The notes beneath the pieces were generated by a model that worked only from the letters and a program-made list of their open reading frames with translations, was not told where the DNA came from and searched no databases. A stretch of 64,000 nt of DNA from Candidatus Zhuqueibacterota bacterium (GTDB lineage: Bacteria > Zhuqueibacterota > Zhuqueibacteria > Thermofontimicrobiales > Thermofontimicrobiaceae), in assembly GCA_049322915.1 (NCBI GenBank), contig JBMOPW010000034.1:616567-680566 (forward strand), in the 5' to 3' direction. Shown one piece after another: positions 20,309 through 29,939 of this stretch (the stretch's first letter is position 1; every line of letters begins with the position of its first letter). Position numbers and translations under genes: made by a program.

Positions 20309-21511
20309 TCACTTCGATAGGTCTTTATTACCGAACCATACTTTTTTCTGTTCATCCCATGTCCACGAGTCCGCCGGCAGCGACGGATCAATGCGCTTCA
20401 TGGATTTATCCCGGATCATGGCGATTGTTTCGTCCCAGGTTTTTATGCCGCTGATCGCATCCAGCTCATGGAGATTCTGAAACCCCACGCAGTTGGCGCA
20501 TTGCAGCGCTGTCTCAATACTCTGGCCGCGAATGAGCGCCGTTAAAAATCCGGCGATGGATGAATCCCCGGAACCGGTGGCGCTGGCGATCCGCTCAATT
20601 CTATACGCCGGGCACCAGACCTCCCGATCGCTCCAGCCGTTGGCGTCGAATCCATTCAGCCGTTCGAATGCAGCATGCTTCGCCACGTCGGCGGTTCGAA
20701 TATAAAATCCGCGATGGGCTGTTTTCAATGCGACAATGGCGCAACCCAGGTCCAGACACCTCTCAGCGAGACGGCGAAAATCCTCCGGTTGAAAATAATC
20801 AATGACATCCTGCGCGCCAAATTGCTCTTTTATCCTGAAATAGCGGGAGCTATCCAGCATGAAAAACACCTCTTCGATGCTCGGCAAAAAGATGTCCACG
20901 TGCGGGAGAACGGATTCCAGTATTTTTTTCCACGGCGCCTTGCCGCTGGGATTATTGGGATCCGGCAGGGACATATCCAGCGAGGTGATGGCGCCGGCTC
21001 TCTTTGCCAGCTGAAAAATATGGGCCAATTCCTCCCCCTCACGCTCGTAGCATGCGGCCATCAGTGGAGGGTAGCCGAAATGGAACAGCCTGGATTGAGC
21101 AATGATATCCGCATCCAGTTCGCGACCGGAGAAACGATCATTGGCGCCTGGGTCGTGCAGAAAAATCCGATCGATGCCCGGCGGCGCCAGCGCGACCGTG
21201 TACGAGGTGCGATCCTCCGACGACATGGAGACGCCGTCCGTGCTGCCCTGCGCTTCCAACAGACGAACGACAAGCCGGCCGAATTCATCCTCGCCGACCC
21301 GGGCCATGAATGCGACGTTCAGCCCGAGTTTTTTCATGGCAATCCCTGTATTGGAAACCGGCCCACCTGTGCTGATTTTTGCCGCGCCCACGTTAATCAA
21401 TTTCCCGGGCACAAACAGCGACGCGATGTCCCTGAGCCCGGTGTCGGCAAATTTCGGAATGATATCAAGACAGATATGGCCGGCGACGGTCACATCATAC
21501 GCTTTTTTCAT
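20309..21511 (-). CDS. PfkB family carbohydrate kinase
   Basis: GGPVSNTG, VGEDEFG, ATGSGDSSIAGF anion-hole motif; GGAGG RBS before ATG 21511. Confidence 0.9.
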   Translation of the reverse strand: MKKAYDVTVAGHICLDIIPKFADTGLRDIASLFVPGKLINVGAAKISTGGPVSNTGIAMKKLGLNVAFMARVGEDEFGRLVVRLLEAQGSTDGVSMSSEDRTSYTVALAPPGIDRIFLHDPGANDRFSGRELDADIIAQSRLFHFGYPPLMAACYEREGEELAHIFQLAKRAGAITSLDMSLPDPNNPSGKAPWKKILESVLPHVDIFLPSIEEVFFMLDSSRYFRIKEQFGAQDVIDYFQPEDFRRLAERCLDLGCAIVALKTAHRGFYIRTADVAKHAAFERLNGFDANGWSDREVWCPAYRIERIASATGSGDSSIAGFLTALIRGQSIETALQCANCVGFQNLHELDAISGIKTWDETIAMIRDKSMKRIDPSLPADSWTWDEQKKVWFGNKDLSK

Positions 21512-21513
21512 GA

Positions 21514-22320
21514 CTACCTCCAGATGAGTCGCATCCAGCTTTTCCATCCGACCAATAGATTCACATTCGCGGCGAGCGCTTGTTCGTCCGAACGCGCTGT
21601 CAGGAATTCAATTAGTTTCAACCGGTCTTTTTCACTGATTGTTTCCATTTTTAACACAATTTCAGATTTTGTGACATCGACAACGCTCACAACGCAGAGG
21701 GCATTGACCGCCGGCGCCAAAGCAATCGTCGCCTGACCGCTTTGGCCCGGCTTCACTTTTTTGACCAGGCGCTTATCCGCAGGAAATGCGGTGACGCGGA
21801 TGGTACTCTCTCCGAAGTTGAACACGCCGCCAATTTTCTTTCCTGCTGGAATATAATCGCTGCTGTCCACCAGATCAAAATACCCATCGATCTGCGAGCG
21901 AACAACGGCAATGTCCAATTCCGGGTAGTCGCGCGATTCAATATCCATGATGATGGAACTCAGCCTGCCGGCCAGCGCTGACATCCCGGCGTTCTCCGCA
22001 GTTTCCAGTTGCGCTTCGAGATTGCTCTGAATGGTTCTGTCCGCCAGAAATTTTTCGTCCGCCGTGACTTCCAGCAACGGATCACCGGCAGCAACCGTCT
22101 GCCCGGATTCGGATCTCAAATCAAGAATGAAATGCGGTTGTTCGAACGTCAGCCATTGGTGCTCAACTTCGAAGAGTCCGTTTAAATTCACATATTCATC
22201 TTCGGCTTTGATGAACGAGAGAGCCACCAGGCCAGCGATGAACAACAGCACAAAGGCGTAGCCGATTATCTCGATGTATTTGATATATTTTGCCAGGAGC
22301 TTTTTGACAAAGCGATTCAT
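21514..22320 (-). CDS. Short membrane-fusion (HlyD-like) adaptor protein
   Basis: One N-terminal TM helix; split lipoyl-like motifs (SGQTVAAGDPLLEV; VRSQIDG..IPAGKKIG) around a short helical hairpin; VKPGQ barrel motif; start ATG 22320. Confidence 0.55.
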   Translation of the reverse strand: MNRFVKKLLAKYIKYIEIIGYAFVLLFIAGLVALSFIKAEDEYVNLNGLFEVEHQWLTFEQPHFILDLRSESGQTVAAGDPLLEVTADEKFLADRTIQSNLEAQLETAENAGMSALAGRLSSIIMDIESRDYPELDIAVVRSQIDGYFDLVDSSDYIPAGKKIGGVFNFGESTIRVTAFPADKRLVKKVKPGQSGQATIALAPAVNALCVVSVVDVTKSEIVLKMETISEKDRLKLIEFLTARSDEQALAANVNLLVGWKSWMRLIWR

Positions 22321-22334
22321 GTTTTTCTCCGAAC

Positions 22335-24176
22335 TTATACCTGTACCTGCTTCTGATACAGCGATGCGAACAATCCCTTCTGATTTAAAAGCTGCCGGAA
22401 CGATCCCTGTTCGATGACTCTCCCCTTGTTCAGCACAAATATCTCGTCGCAGTCGCGGACCGAATTCAGCCGATGGGTGATGATGATGACCGTTTTCCCG
22501 GCGCACACGCGATTGAGCGTCGCTTCTATGGTGGCAGCAGTCTGGGAATCCAGGGCGCTGGTGGCTTCGTCCAGCACCAGCACCGATGGTTTTCGAATCA
22601 ACGCCCGGGCAATGGCGATCCGCTGGCGCTGGCCGCCGGATAGTTTGCTCCCCTCGGCAAGATCGGTGTCATAGCCCCGGGGCAGCGATAAAATATCGTC
22701 ATGGACAGCCGCCAATTTCGCAGCGTCGACAATCTCGGCCTCTGTGGCGTCCGGTTTGCCGTAGCGGATATTGTCGCAAACCGTACCGCTGAACAAAAAG
22801 TCCTCCTGCAGGATGATTCCAATATGCCGATAATAGGTGGCTGATTTTAAATCCCTCAAATCCACGCGGTCAGCCTGTATTTCGCCGCTGGCCGGGTCGT
22901 AGAATCGCAGGATCAAATTCACCAGCGATGTTTTGCCGGAACCGGATGGTCCGACAATGGCCACTTTTTTGCCCGGCGCGGTGTGAATCGTGATATCCGA
23001 AAGCACTTCCTTTTCCGGCACATAACCGAAAGAAACCCGATCGATGGCGTAGCTGCCGGAAAAGGAATCCAGGGCCACGGCGTTTTCGCGCTCCCGAATG
23101 GAAGGCTCCACGTTCAGGGTATCCATCAACCGTCGCGACGGAATGAGCTGGAGCCGAATTCCCTCGAACACGCGAATCATCAGATTGATGGGGCTGAAGA
23201 ATTGATCCAGCAACAGGTACAGCCCAAAAATCGCGCCGGCGGTCTGGTTCTGCTGCACAGCAACATAAAACAACGCTGCCACAATGAACAGGTACCGGAA
23301 CAGAAAGATGAAATCATCGGTGACGAGCTTCATGAAATAATTCTGCCATTCCACTCTGAGCATGGTCACATAAAGGCGGATGTTCTTTCTGGTCTCATGC
23401 CGACCCTTGCCAAAGGCCTTGATCGTTTTGATGCCCGCGAACCATTCCTGCAGGCCAGCCAGGAAATTCTGGCTTTTGCCGCGGAATTTGAAATCGATGT
23501 TCCGCTGGACGTTGTAGAACCTGTGAATCACCCAGATGTACGGGATGCAAAAGATGATCAGGGCAATTCCCACCTGGGCGCTGAAACCAATGGTAATGGT
23601 GAATAGAATGAGCCCTAACCGGAACAGGACGCGGATGAGCAGATCCAGCGATTGCGTGAGCATGCCCAGAACGCCATCGACGTCCTTTCCCACCATCGGC
23701 TGCTGGGCAGATTTCGCCGTGCCGGTCAATTCGAACAACATGCCGAGGATGGCGAGATTGGCAAAGCCCGGATCAAAATTGCTGCCAATGCGGTACATGT
23801 GCTCGCCGATGGGGCGCTGCTGGAAAAAACTCAGCGGCAGTTTCATCACATGCCTGAACACATTCATGCCCAGCGTCATGCCGAGCCGCATGGAAACCAC
23901 GTATTTCACCAATTCATAAATCAGGCTGAATGAAAAATATAGCACAATCTGCACGAGGATGACGATCACCAGAATCCGAAAGACATGCCAATCCTGCTGG
24001 CCCAGCACCTGGTCGATGAATTTCCGAATGAGCAACGGGAGAATCACCGTGTTGATATCCAGCGTGGTGATGATTATCGCCAACACCAGCACCAGCAGCA
24101 TCAACCGCCAGACAGGCCGGAGATAGCGCAAAAAGTAGACAAATATATTCCAATCGCTCAATGAGGTTGTTATCAT
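22335..24176 (-). CDS. ABC transporter, fused TMD-NBD (type IV exporter fold)
   Basis: TM domain plus GPSGSGKT, ILQE, LSGGQRQR, LVLDEATS, ITHR. Confidence 0.93.
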   Translation of the reverse strand: MITTSLSDWNIFVYFLRYLRPVWRLMLLVLVLAIIITTLDINTVILPLLIRKFIDQVLGQQDWHVFRILVIVILVQIVLYFSFSLIYELVKYVVSMRLGMTLGMNVFRHVMKLPLSFFQQRPIGEHMYRIGSNFDPGFANLAILGMLFELTGTAKSAQQPMVGKDVDGVLGMLTQSLDLLIRVLFRLGLILFTITIGFSAQVGIALIIFCIPYIWVIHRFYNVQRNIDFKFRGKSQNFLAGLQEWFAGIKTIKAFGKGRHETRKNIRLYVTMLRVEWQNYFMKLVTDDFIFLFRYLFIVAALFYVAVQQNQTAGAIFGLYLLLDQFFSPINLMIRVFEGIRLQLIPSRRLMDTLNVEPSIRERENAVALDSFSGSYAIDRVSFGYVPEKEVLSDITIHTAPGKKVAIVGPSGSGKTSLVNLILRFYDPASGEIQADRVDLRDLKSATYYRHIGIILQEDFLFSGTVCDNIRYGKPDATEAEIVDAAKLAAVHDDILSLPRGYDTDLAEGSKLSGGQRQRIAIARALIRKPSVLVLDEATSALDSQTAATIEATLNRVCAGKTVIIITHRLNSVRDCDEIFVLNKGRVIEQGSFRQLLNQKGLFASLYQKQVQV

Positions 24177-24183
24177 GCGTCGC

Positions 24184-25989
24184 TCACACAGTTAGTGTGG
24201 ACCTGGATTGCTGCTGATAGAGTTGATAATACAGCTTTTTATTTTGGATCAACTGCGCATGGGCGCCCTGTTCCACAATCTCGCCTTTATCAACGACGAG
24301 AATGTGCGCCGCATCGGCGACAAAACTCAGCCGATGGGAAATGATAATGGTGGAGACGTGAGAAAAATTTTGCCGGAGCGTCTGCATGATTCCATTTTCA
24401 GTCTCGATGTCCAGCGACGAGGTCGCTTCATCCAGCAGCAACAGCGCCGGATTTTTGAGCAAGGCCCGGGCAATGGCGACCCGCTGTTTCTGTCCGCCGG
24501 AGAGATTTGTCCCTTCAGCCACATCCATGTCATAGCCGCCGGGCATCTCCAGAATATCGGCGTGAATGCCGGCTGCTCTGGCAGCCTGCTCCACCTGTTC
24601 ATCGCTGGCGTACGGATCGCCGTAGCGGATATTTTCCCGGATGGTGCCGCCGAATAAAAACGTGTCCTGTAAAATGACGCCGGTCTGCTCCAGGACAGAG
24701 GCCATGTTCACATCCTTCACATTCAGACCATCGATTTTCACAGCGCCGGAATCCGGCTCGAAGAGTCGCAGCACGAGCATGGCGATGGTGCTTTTGCCGG
24801 CGCCGCTGGGACCGACGATACCCAGCTTCTGCCCCGGCTTCAGTTGAAATGAGATATTTTTCAGGATTGGGAAATCGCGCTGATAGGAGAAATTCACGGA
24901 ATCAAACTCAACGGCTCCTTTCAGCGAATCGATTCGCCGGGCATTGGCAGATTCGACAATATCAGGCTGCTGGTCCAGCGTTTCGAACAGACGCTTTGCC
25001 GGGATGAGGAACAGCCGGAATCGCTGGACAAAATTATAGGTCCCGTCAAGAAAGTACAGCAGCAAACGCGAAAAGTAGATGATGCTGCCCCAGGTGATGA
25101 TGGGAATGGCGCCTTTCAATCCGAAATAGGCGAACAGCGGCAGGGACAACGGCCAGATGATATGGACAGGAATGACGCGAACCTGATCCGCGACCAGGTA
25201 TTGCAGCAGAAATGCCGCCTGTGTTGATTTATAAAACTTCTTCATGACGCTGTAATAACGCCGGGTGGTGAATTTCACGCGGTCGAACGCTTTGATGACG
25301 CGGATGCCAGCCAGGCTCTCCCTGAGCACAGCATCCACCTCCTGGGCGCGGACGCGTTTGATGTAATCCAGCTTCTGGATGCGGCTGTATAAAATGTGAA
25401 CTAAAAAATAGATCGGGATTAAAATCAGCGTCAGGTAAAATAGAATGTTGCTGCCGACAACGGAAACCAGGTATATCATTAAAATGGTCTGATAGATATT
25501 GGAAATGAAGCCAGGCAGTCCGCTCTGGGTGGAATTCAATAACGGCAGCAATGCGTCGATGTCCGCATTGGCGCGGTACATGTGCTCGCCAATGGGCCGG
25601 GATTGATAGAATTTCAACGAGAGCAGTTGCAGGCGACGGTACAGATCCAGCCGCAATTTCAGAGATAATTTCAGGCCGAGGTACCAGACGAGTGTGTACA
25701 ACAGACTATCGAAAATGATCCAGCGAAACAGAAACGCGGGTAGGAGCAGGAGGAAGCAGAAGAATAGATAATCGCCGGACTGTCCCTGGCCGATGAAGGA
25801 GGGCAATTTGGACAACAGTAACACCGGCAGTGCGCTAATGGTTCCCTGAATGATGAGGAGGACAATGATGAGGATGTATTTATCCCAATAAGGAATAATG
25901 TATTTGAGAAGCCGAACGAATAGCGCGAACTGATTTTGCTTTTCAAATAATTTGTTGTCTTCCAAAAATACCTCAATCGGATTGGTCAA
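24184..25989 (-). CDS. ABC transporter, fused TMD-NBD (type IV exporter fold), partner subunit
   Basis: TM domain plus GPSGAGKS, LSGGQKQR, LLLDEATS, ISHR; shares RPIGEHMYR with its neighbour; TTG start. Confidence 0.92.
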   Translation of the reverse strand: MTNPIEVFLEDNKLFEKQNQFALFVRLLKYIIPYWDKYILIIVLLIIQGTISALPVLLLSKLPSFIGQGQSGDYLFFCFLLLLPAFLFRWIIFDSLLYTLVWYLGLKLSLKLRLDLYRRLQLLSLKFYQSRPIGEHMYRANADIDALLPLLNSTQSGLPGFISNIYQTILMIYLVSVVGSNILFYLTLILIPIYFLVHILYSRIQKLDYIKRVRAQEVDAVLRESLAGIRVIKAFDRVKFTTRRYYSVMKKFYKSTQAAFLLQYLVADQVRVIPVHIIWPLSLPLFAYFGLKGAIPIITWGSIIYFSRLLLYFLDGTYNFVQRFRLFLIPAKRLFETLDQQPDIVESANARRIDSLKGAVEFDSVNFSYQRDFPILKNISFQLKPGQKLGIVGPSGAGKSTIAMLVLRLFEPDSGAVKIDGLNVKDVNMASVLEQTGVILQDTFLFGGTIRENIRYGDPYASDEQVEQAARAAGIHADILEMPGGYDMDVAEGTNLSGGQKQRVAIARALLKNPALLLLDEATSSLDIETENGIMQTLRQNFSHVSTIIISHRLSFVADAAHILVVDKGEIVEQGAHAQLIQNKKLYYQLYQQQSRSTLTV

Positions 25990-26007
25990 CGCTCATACAA
26001 AACGCCG

Positions 26008-27045
26008 CTATTTCAATGTCACTTCGATCAACCGGGGGAAATATTCTTCGAACTCGACGCAGGTGAGATAAATGATCTTCCCGTTTTCGCGGGCAAGCTC
26101 CGGATGTTCTTTGCCGGCGTACACCACCGGGCCGTTGTAGACGAGGGGATTCCTCAATGCTGTCCGGGATGTCCATAGCAAAAATGGCTCGCTCCACGGT
26201 CCCCAGAGATTGGGAGCTGTGCGTCCCACAATGTAGCCGTCGTTCTGCCAGGAATGCACTGCTAAAAATTGGCCGAGGTGCGCATTGAACGAGACCGACA
26301 TTTCCGTGGGCATGCCTTCCATGATGCCTATTGCTTTCTGTCCCGTTTTATTCCACTCCGGCTGATCCGAAATCAGATATTCATACCGATCCACCTGTTC
26401 AATATCAGCCACAGGAACCCGGGCAAGATAGCAGCACTGCCGTTTGCCGTGGCGTTGCGTCCCGTAGACATACACCATGTCCTCTGCCTCATCCACGAAC
26501 AGGGCCACACCATAACACGGCTTCTTTTCATCCCATAAAATGAGTGAGCCGTCCTGCGATATTCGCCGGAATGAAAAATCCGAGGTGCTCGCGCGCGCCA
26601 GTCCGCTGCCATCGACCGAAAACTTGTAGGGCCAGGCGGCGTTTTTAAGCAGGCGCACCCGAACATAGAACCAGTAAAACGCGCCGTTCACAAGGCGTCC
26701 GTCCATGCCCCAGATGCGATGCCGCTCCGGGCTTTCCTGGCCTTCGAACAGGATCAACTGGCGCGGTTGCCCATCCGGGTTGGTGAAGTACGTGAAGTCC
26801 CGGATGCCATTCGATGCGTCCCTGGTGCGACAGAGCAAACCGGAATTGCTGGGCATGCGGCTCACGATACGCCGCCCGGTGTCGTCGTAATGGCCGACAA
26901 AGGTATCGCCGAATCCCCAAAATGATTCACGGTCGTTTATCGGTGCAGAATAGGCGCAATCCTGACCGATCATGTGGACCGTATTTTCCGTGAACAGGGG
27001 GCCAAGATCGCGCGAACATTCAACTCTTGACGTGTCAAAATTCAT
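26008..27045 (-). CDS. DUF4185/DUF5005-like beta-propeller protein (paralog)
   Basis: IGQDCAYS..FWGFGDTF, TEMSV, LWGPWSEP, YAGKEHPELA, YFPRL; no signal peptide. Confidence 0.65.
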   Translation of the reverse strand: MNFDTSRVECSRDLGPLFTENTVHMIGQDCAYSAPINDRESFWGFGDTFVGHYDDTGRRIVSRMPSNSGLLCRTRDASNGIRDFTYFTNPDGQPRQLILFEGQESPERHRIWGMDGRLVNGAFYWFYVRVRLLKNAAWPYKFSVDGSGLARASTSDFSFRRISQDGSLILWDEKKPCYGVALFVDEAEDMVYVYGTQRHGKRQCCYLARVPVADIEQVDRYEYLISDQPEWNKTGQKAIGIMEGMPTEMSVSFNAHLGQFLAVHSWQNDGYIVGRTAPNLWGPWSEPFLLWTSRTALRNPLVYNGPVVYAGKEHPELARENGKIIYLTCVEFEEYFPRLIEVTLK

Positions 27046-27137
27046 ATTTGAAAAAATTAATGTTCATGAGTTCATCCTGTAACTTTGTTAAACAAAAGCG
27101 CCTCCCCCGGAGCGCACTGCCGGTTCGCCGCAGTTAC

Positions 27138-29915
27138 TTACCGGGTGAATTCAAGCTCCAGCGTCACGATTTTCTTGTGCCCGATTTTCATGGCGATGCT
27201 GCCGTCTTTCCCGACCGGCAGTGGATTGATGCGCTCCTCGTTCAGATTGGTGATGAACGCAGATTTCACCGGCAGCCAGAATGCGATGCGACCGGCAATT
27301 TCCTTTTCCGTCGGATTGAAAAACCGAAGGATGACGGACCCGCGGGTATCGCATTTTTTCAGCGCGCTCAGGACGAGCGACGCAGGTTCCAGTTTCAGGA
27401 AGCGCTGCTGCTTGGGAAGGGTTCCTTCGGTACGGCCGCATTGCACCAGTTTGAGCGGCGCGAATTGGCGGTACGCGAATTCGTAGACAGCGCCGTTCTC
27501 CCAGTTCCCCTCGTGTGGGAACAGCGCGTACGCGCAGGAATGCCGGCCGGGGCATTGCGAACCAATCTGATCCAGACGCTCCACGCGTTCCGGCGGAAGT
27601 CCCACTTTGGGATACCGCAGACCCTTCACCAGAGTCAACATCATGGTGCGCTGTTCATTGTCCTGCACTTCGTACTCCACCAATCCATGGCTGATGACGG
27701 CCAATCCGCCTTTCCCGTCCGACATGTCGAAGAACGACAGATGCGGCTGGGCGCCGGTGTACGGCTCCACCCAATCGCGCGTGTCCGGCAGCTCGATGGT
27801 TCGGGTGACCACGTCGAACGCGGCTTCCGAATCCACTGTCGTCGAATTCACGCCGCTGGGAAAGCACACGCGCAGCCGATGATCCATGGCCTGGTTATCA
27901 AATGTGGTGACAATATCCAGCCGCGGATTCCCTTTGCGCAGCGTCAGCAGAGACGTGATGGGCAATGACACCAATTCTTCGCTGCGGCGCTGTTTGCCAT
28001 CCGCGAGACGCAGAGGCACGCGCATTTCAATATCGACCCGGACCGTTGTCTGCAATCCGCCATCTTCAATCACGCTGATCTGTGCGGCGCAGCCCAGGGA
28101 CGACACCGTCCGATTTTGCAGCGGCGAAATGCGGGTCCAGGGATCGCCGGCCTCCCCCTCATCTTCAAAGAAATGGCAGTCGGTAAATTTTCTGCCGGAT
28201 TTCTTGTGCGTGAGATCGAAGGCGCCATTGGGTTTCAGGGCCACGCGCAGGTATTCATTTTCCATGACATGGTTCGCCGTCATCATTGAACCGAAGTTGG
28301 CCAGTTCCGCCGCTTTGGTTCGGACGATGTAACTGCGATAGCCCAGTTCCGGCACATTCCCGGCTTCGAACACCATCCGAAAACGCCTCGTGTGGAACGG
28401 GGACGGAATATCGAACGGATTCATGACATTGGAGCCCCATTCTTTTCGATCCAGCAATTGAAAGGGCGCCGGCGCGCCGGTCGCGGCGTCGATCAATTCC
28501 AGTGACTTATTTTTTGGCTCGGCTGGAAAATCGACGTCGACGGCAACGATTTCGGTTCGCTCATAATTCAATGGATTGAACGCGACAATGGCGATGTCTT
28601 CCGCTGCAAGGTCGCTCAGATCCATTTTTTTCACAATCGCCGCGAAACTCAGGTTGGTCAGGGTTTCGCCGATCTGCTCCACCTGGTCCCAGCGATAGAG
28701 CATATCCCGATGCACCTGATCCATGCTCACCCCGGTGATGCTGTCGTGAGGGTGATTGGACAGCAAATTGCGCCAGGCGATTTCCAGATAGCGCTCCGGA
28801 TATTCCTGTCCCATCAGAAAGGTCACCGTGGCAAATGGCTCTGCCCATTTTTCCAACAGCGTCTGCATGCGGGCATTGATCTGCTTTTGATAGAGCCGGG
28901 TCGACATATTGTCTTTGAGAAACCGATTGAACCAGTTGTCGCGGCTGGGCTGCCGGCGTTCTCCTTTGAGCACTTTCAATGTGGACCAATCCACCGCTTT
29001 CCTGATTTTCTCGACGACTGCCGGGAAAGAGCTATGAATGTAACGATCGCCGGTCGCTTTTTGATTGCAGTAATCGATCACCTTCACCGTATTGGGATGG
29101 GGAGCCACGCTGTCCATGCCATCCATCACCACCAGATAGGGCACAGTCGCATCCGTGGCCACATCGTCTTTGATGTTTTTCATCCCCTGATCCAGCAACG
29201 CTGTATTGAAATAATTCAGCGACGTCGGTTTCAGCAAGCGGTAATCCGCATCGCCGGCATTGACATCGCAGCGCCGGAATGGCAACTGACCGTTTGTCCA
29301 GCGATAATAGCCGTCGAAAAAAGCGTCCTCGTACATGGTCGCCCGGAACAGATGCAGCCAGAACGACGCGCGGCTGAACTGGGCGCTGAGCCGAAGCCCC
29401 AGAATCTGGGTGCCGTCCGGCGCTTCCAGAATGTACTCGGTATCGCATTCCTCCCGGCTGATGCCGCGATAGAACATGATGCCATCGATGCCGAACCCAC
29501 TGTAAATCTGAGCGATCTGCGAGAGCTGGCCGTAGGAAGTGGGCGTGTAGCCGACTTTCATGACGCGGCCAAATTCGTTGCCGATTTTATGCCCGCGCAT
29601 CAAATTTCTCACCACTGCTTCGGCGCTGACGGTGTTCATTTCCGGCAGCGTGTACCAGGGGCCCACCAAAATTCTTCCGCTGGAAATGTGCCGTTTCAAA
29701 ATTTCTTTTTTCTCCGGCCGAATTTCCAGATAGTCCTCCAGTGGAATCGTCTGAGAATCGAGATGATAATGCTTGTACTCCGGATATTTATCCAGGAGGT
29801 CAAGCAGCCAATCCATCAATTCCACCAGATGGGTGCGGGTTTCCTGAAATGCATAGCGCCATTCGCGATCCCAGTGCGTATTGGAAATGACATGAAATTC
29901 GTACGATGCTGGCAT
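27138..29915 (-). CDS. GH38 alpha-mannosidase-like protein with non-canonical active site
   Basis: THWDREW, GPWY, NHPHDSITG, DHRLRV; GYTPTSYGQ in place of GYxPDxFG. Confidence 0.88.
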   Translation of the reverse strand: MPASYEFHVISNTHWDREWRYAFQETRTHLVELMDWLLDLLDKYPEYKHYHLDSQTIPLEDYLEIRPEKKEILKRHISSGRILVGPWYTLPEMNTVSAEAVVRNLMRGHKIGNEFGRVMKVGYTPTSYGQLSQIAQIYSGFGIDGIMFYRGISREECDTEYILEAPDGTQILGLRLSAQFSRASFWLHLFRATMYEDAFFDGYYRWTNGQLPFRRCDVNAGDADYRLLKPTSLNYFNTALLDQGMKNIKDDVATDATVPYLVVMDGMDSVAPHPNTVKVIDYCNQKATGDRYIHSSFPAVVEKIRKAVDWSTLKVLKGERRQPSRDNWFNRFLKDNMSTRLYQKQINARMQTLLEKWAEPFATVTFLMGQEYPERYLEIAWRNLLSNHPHDSITGVSMDQVHRDMLYRWDQVEQIGETLTNLSFAAIVKKMDLSDLAAEDIAIVAFNPLNYERTEIVAVDVDFPAEPKNKSLELIDAATGAPAPFQLLDRKEWGSNVMNPFDIPSPFHTRRFRMVFEAGNVPELGYRSYIVRTKAAELANFGSMMTANHVMENEYLRVALKPNGAFDLTHKKSGRKFTDCHFFEDEGEAGDPWTRISPLQNRTVSSLGCAAQISVIEDGGLQTTVRVDIEMRVPLRLADGKQRRSEELVSLPITSLLTLRKGNPRLDIVTTFDNQAMDHRLRVCFPSGVNSTTVDSEAAFDVVTRTIELPDTRDWVEPYTGAQPHLSFFDMSDGKGGLAVISHGLVEYEVQDNEQRTMMLTLVKGLRYPKVGLPPERVERLDQIGSQCPGRHSCAYALFPHEGNWENGAVYEFAYRQFAPLKLVQCGRTEGTLPKQQRFLKLEPASLVLSALKKCDTRGSVILRFFNPTEKEIAGRIAFWLPVKSAFITNLNEERINPLPVGKDGSIAMKIGHKKIVTLELEFTR

Positions 29916-29939
29916 AATCAGTCCTCACCTTCTTCGCAT

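Noticed and set aside
22321..22506. N-terminal extension of the adaptor ORF given in the ORF track
   Set aside because: Overlaps the ABC gene; ATG 22320 with a GGAG RBS is the better start. The same reasoning was applied to lysS, pfkB, buk, iorB and the NHL gene
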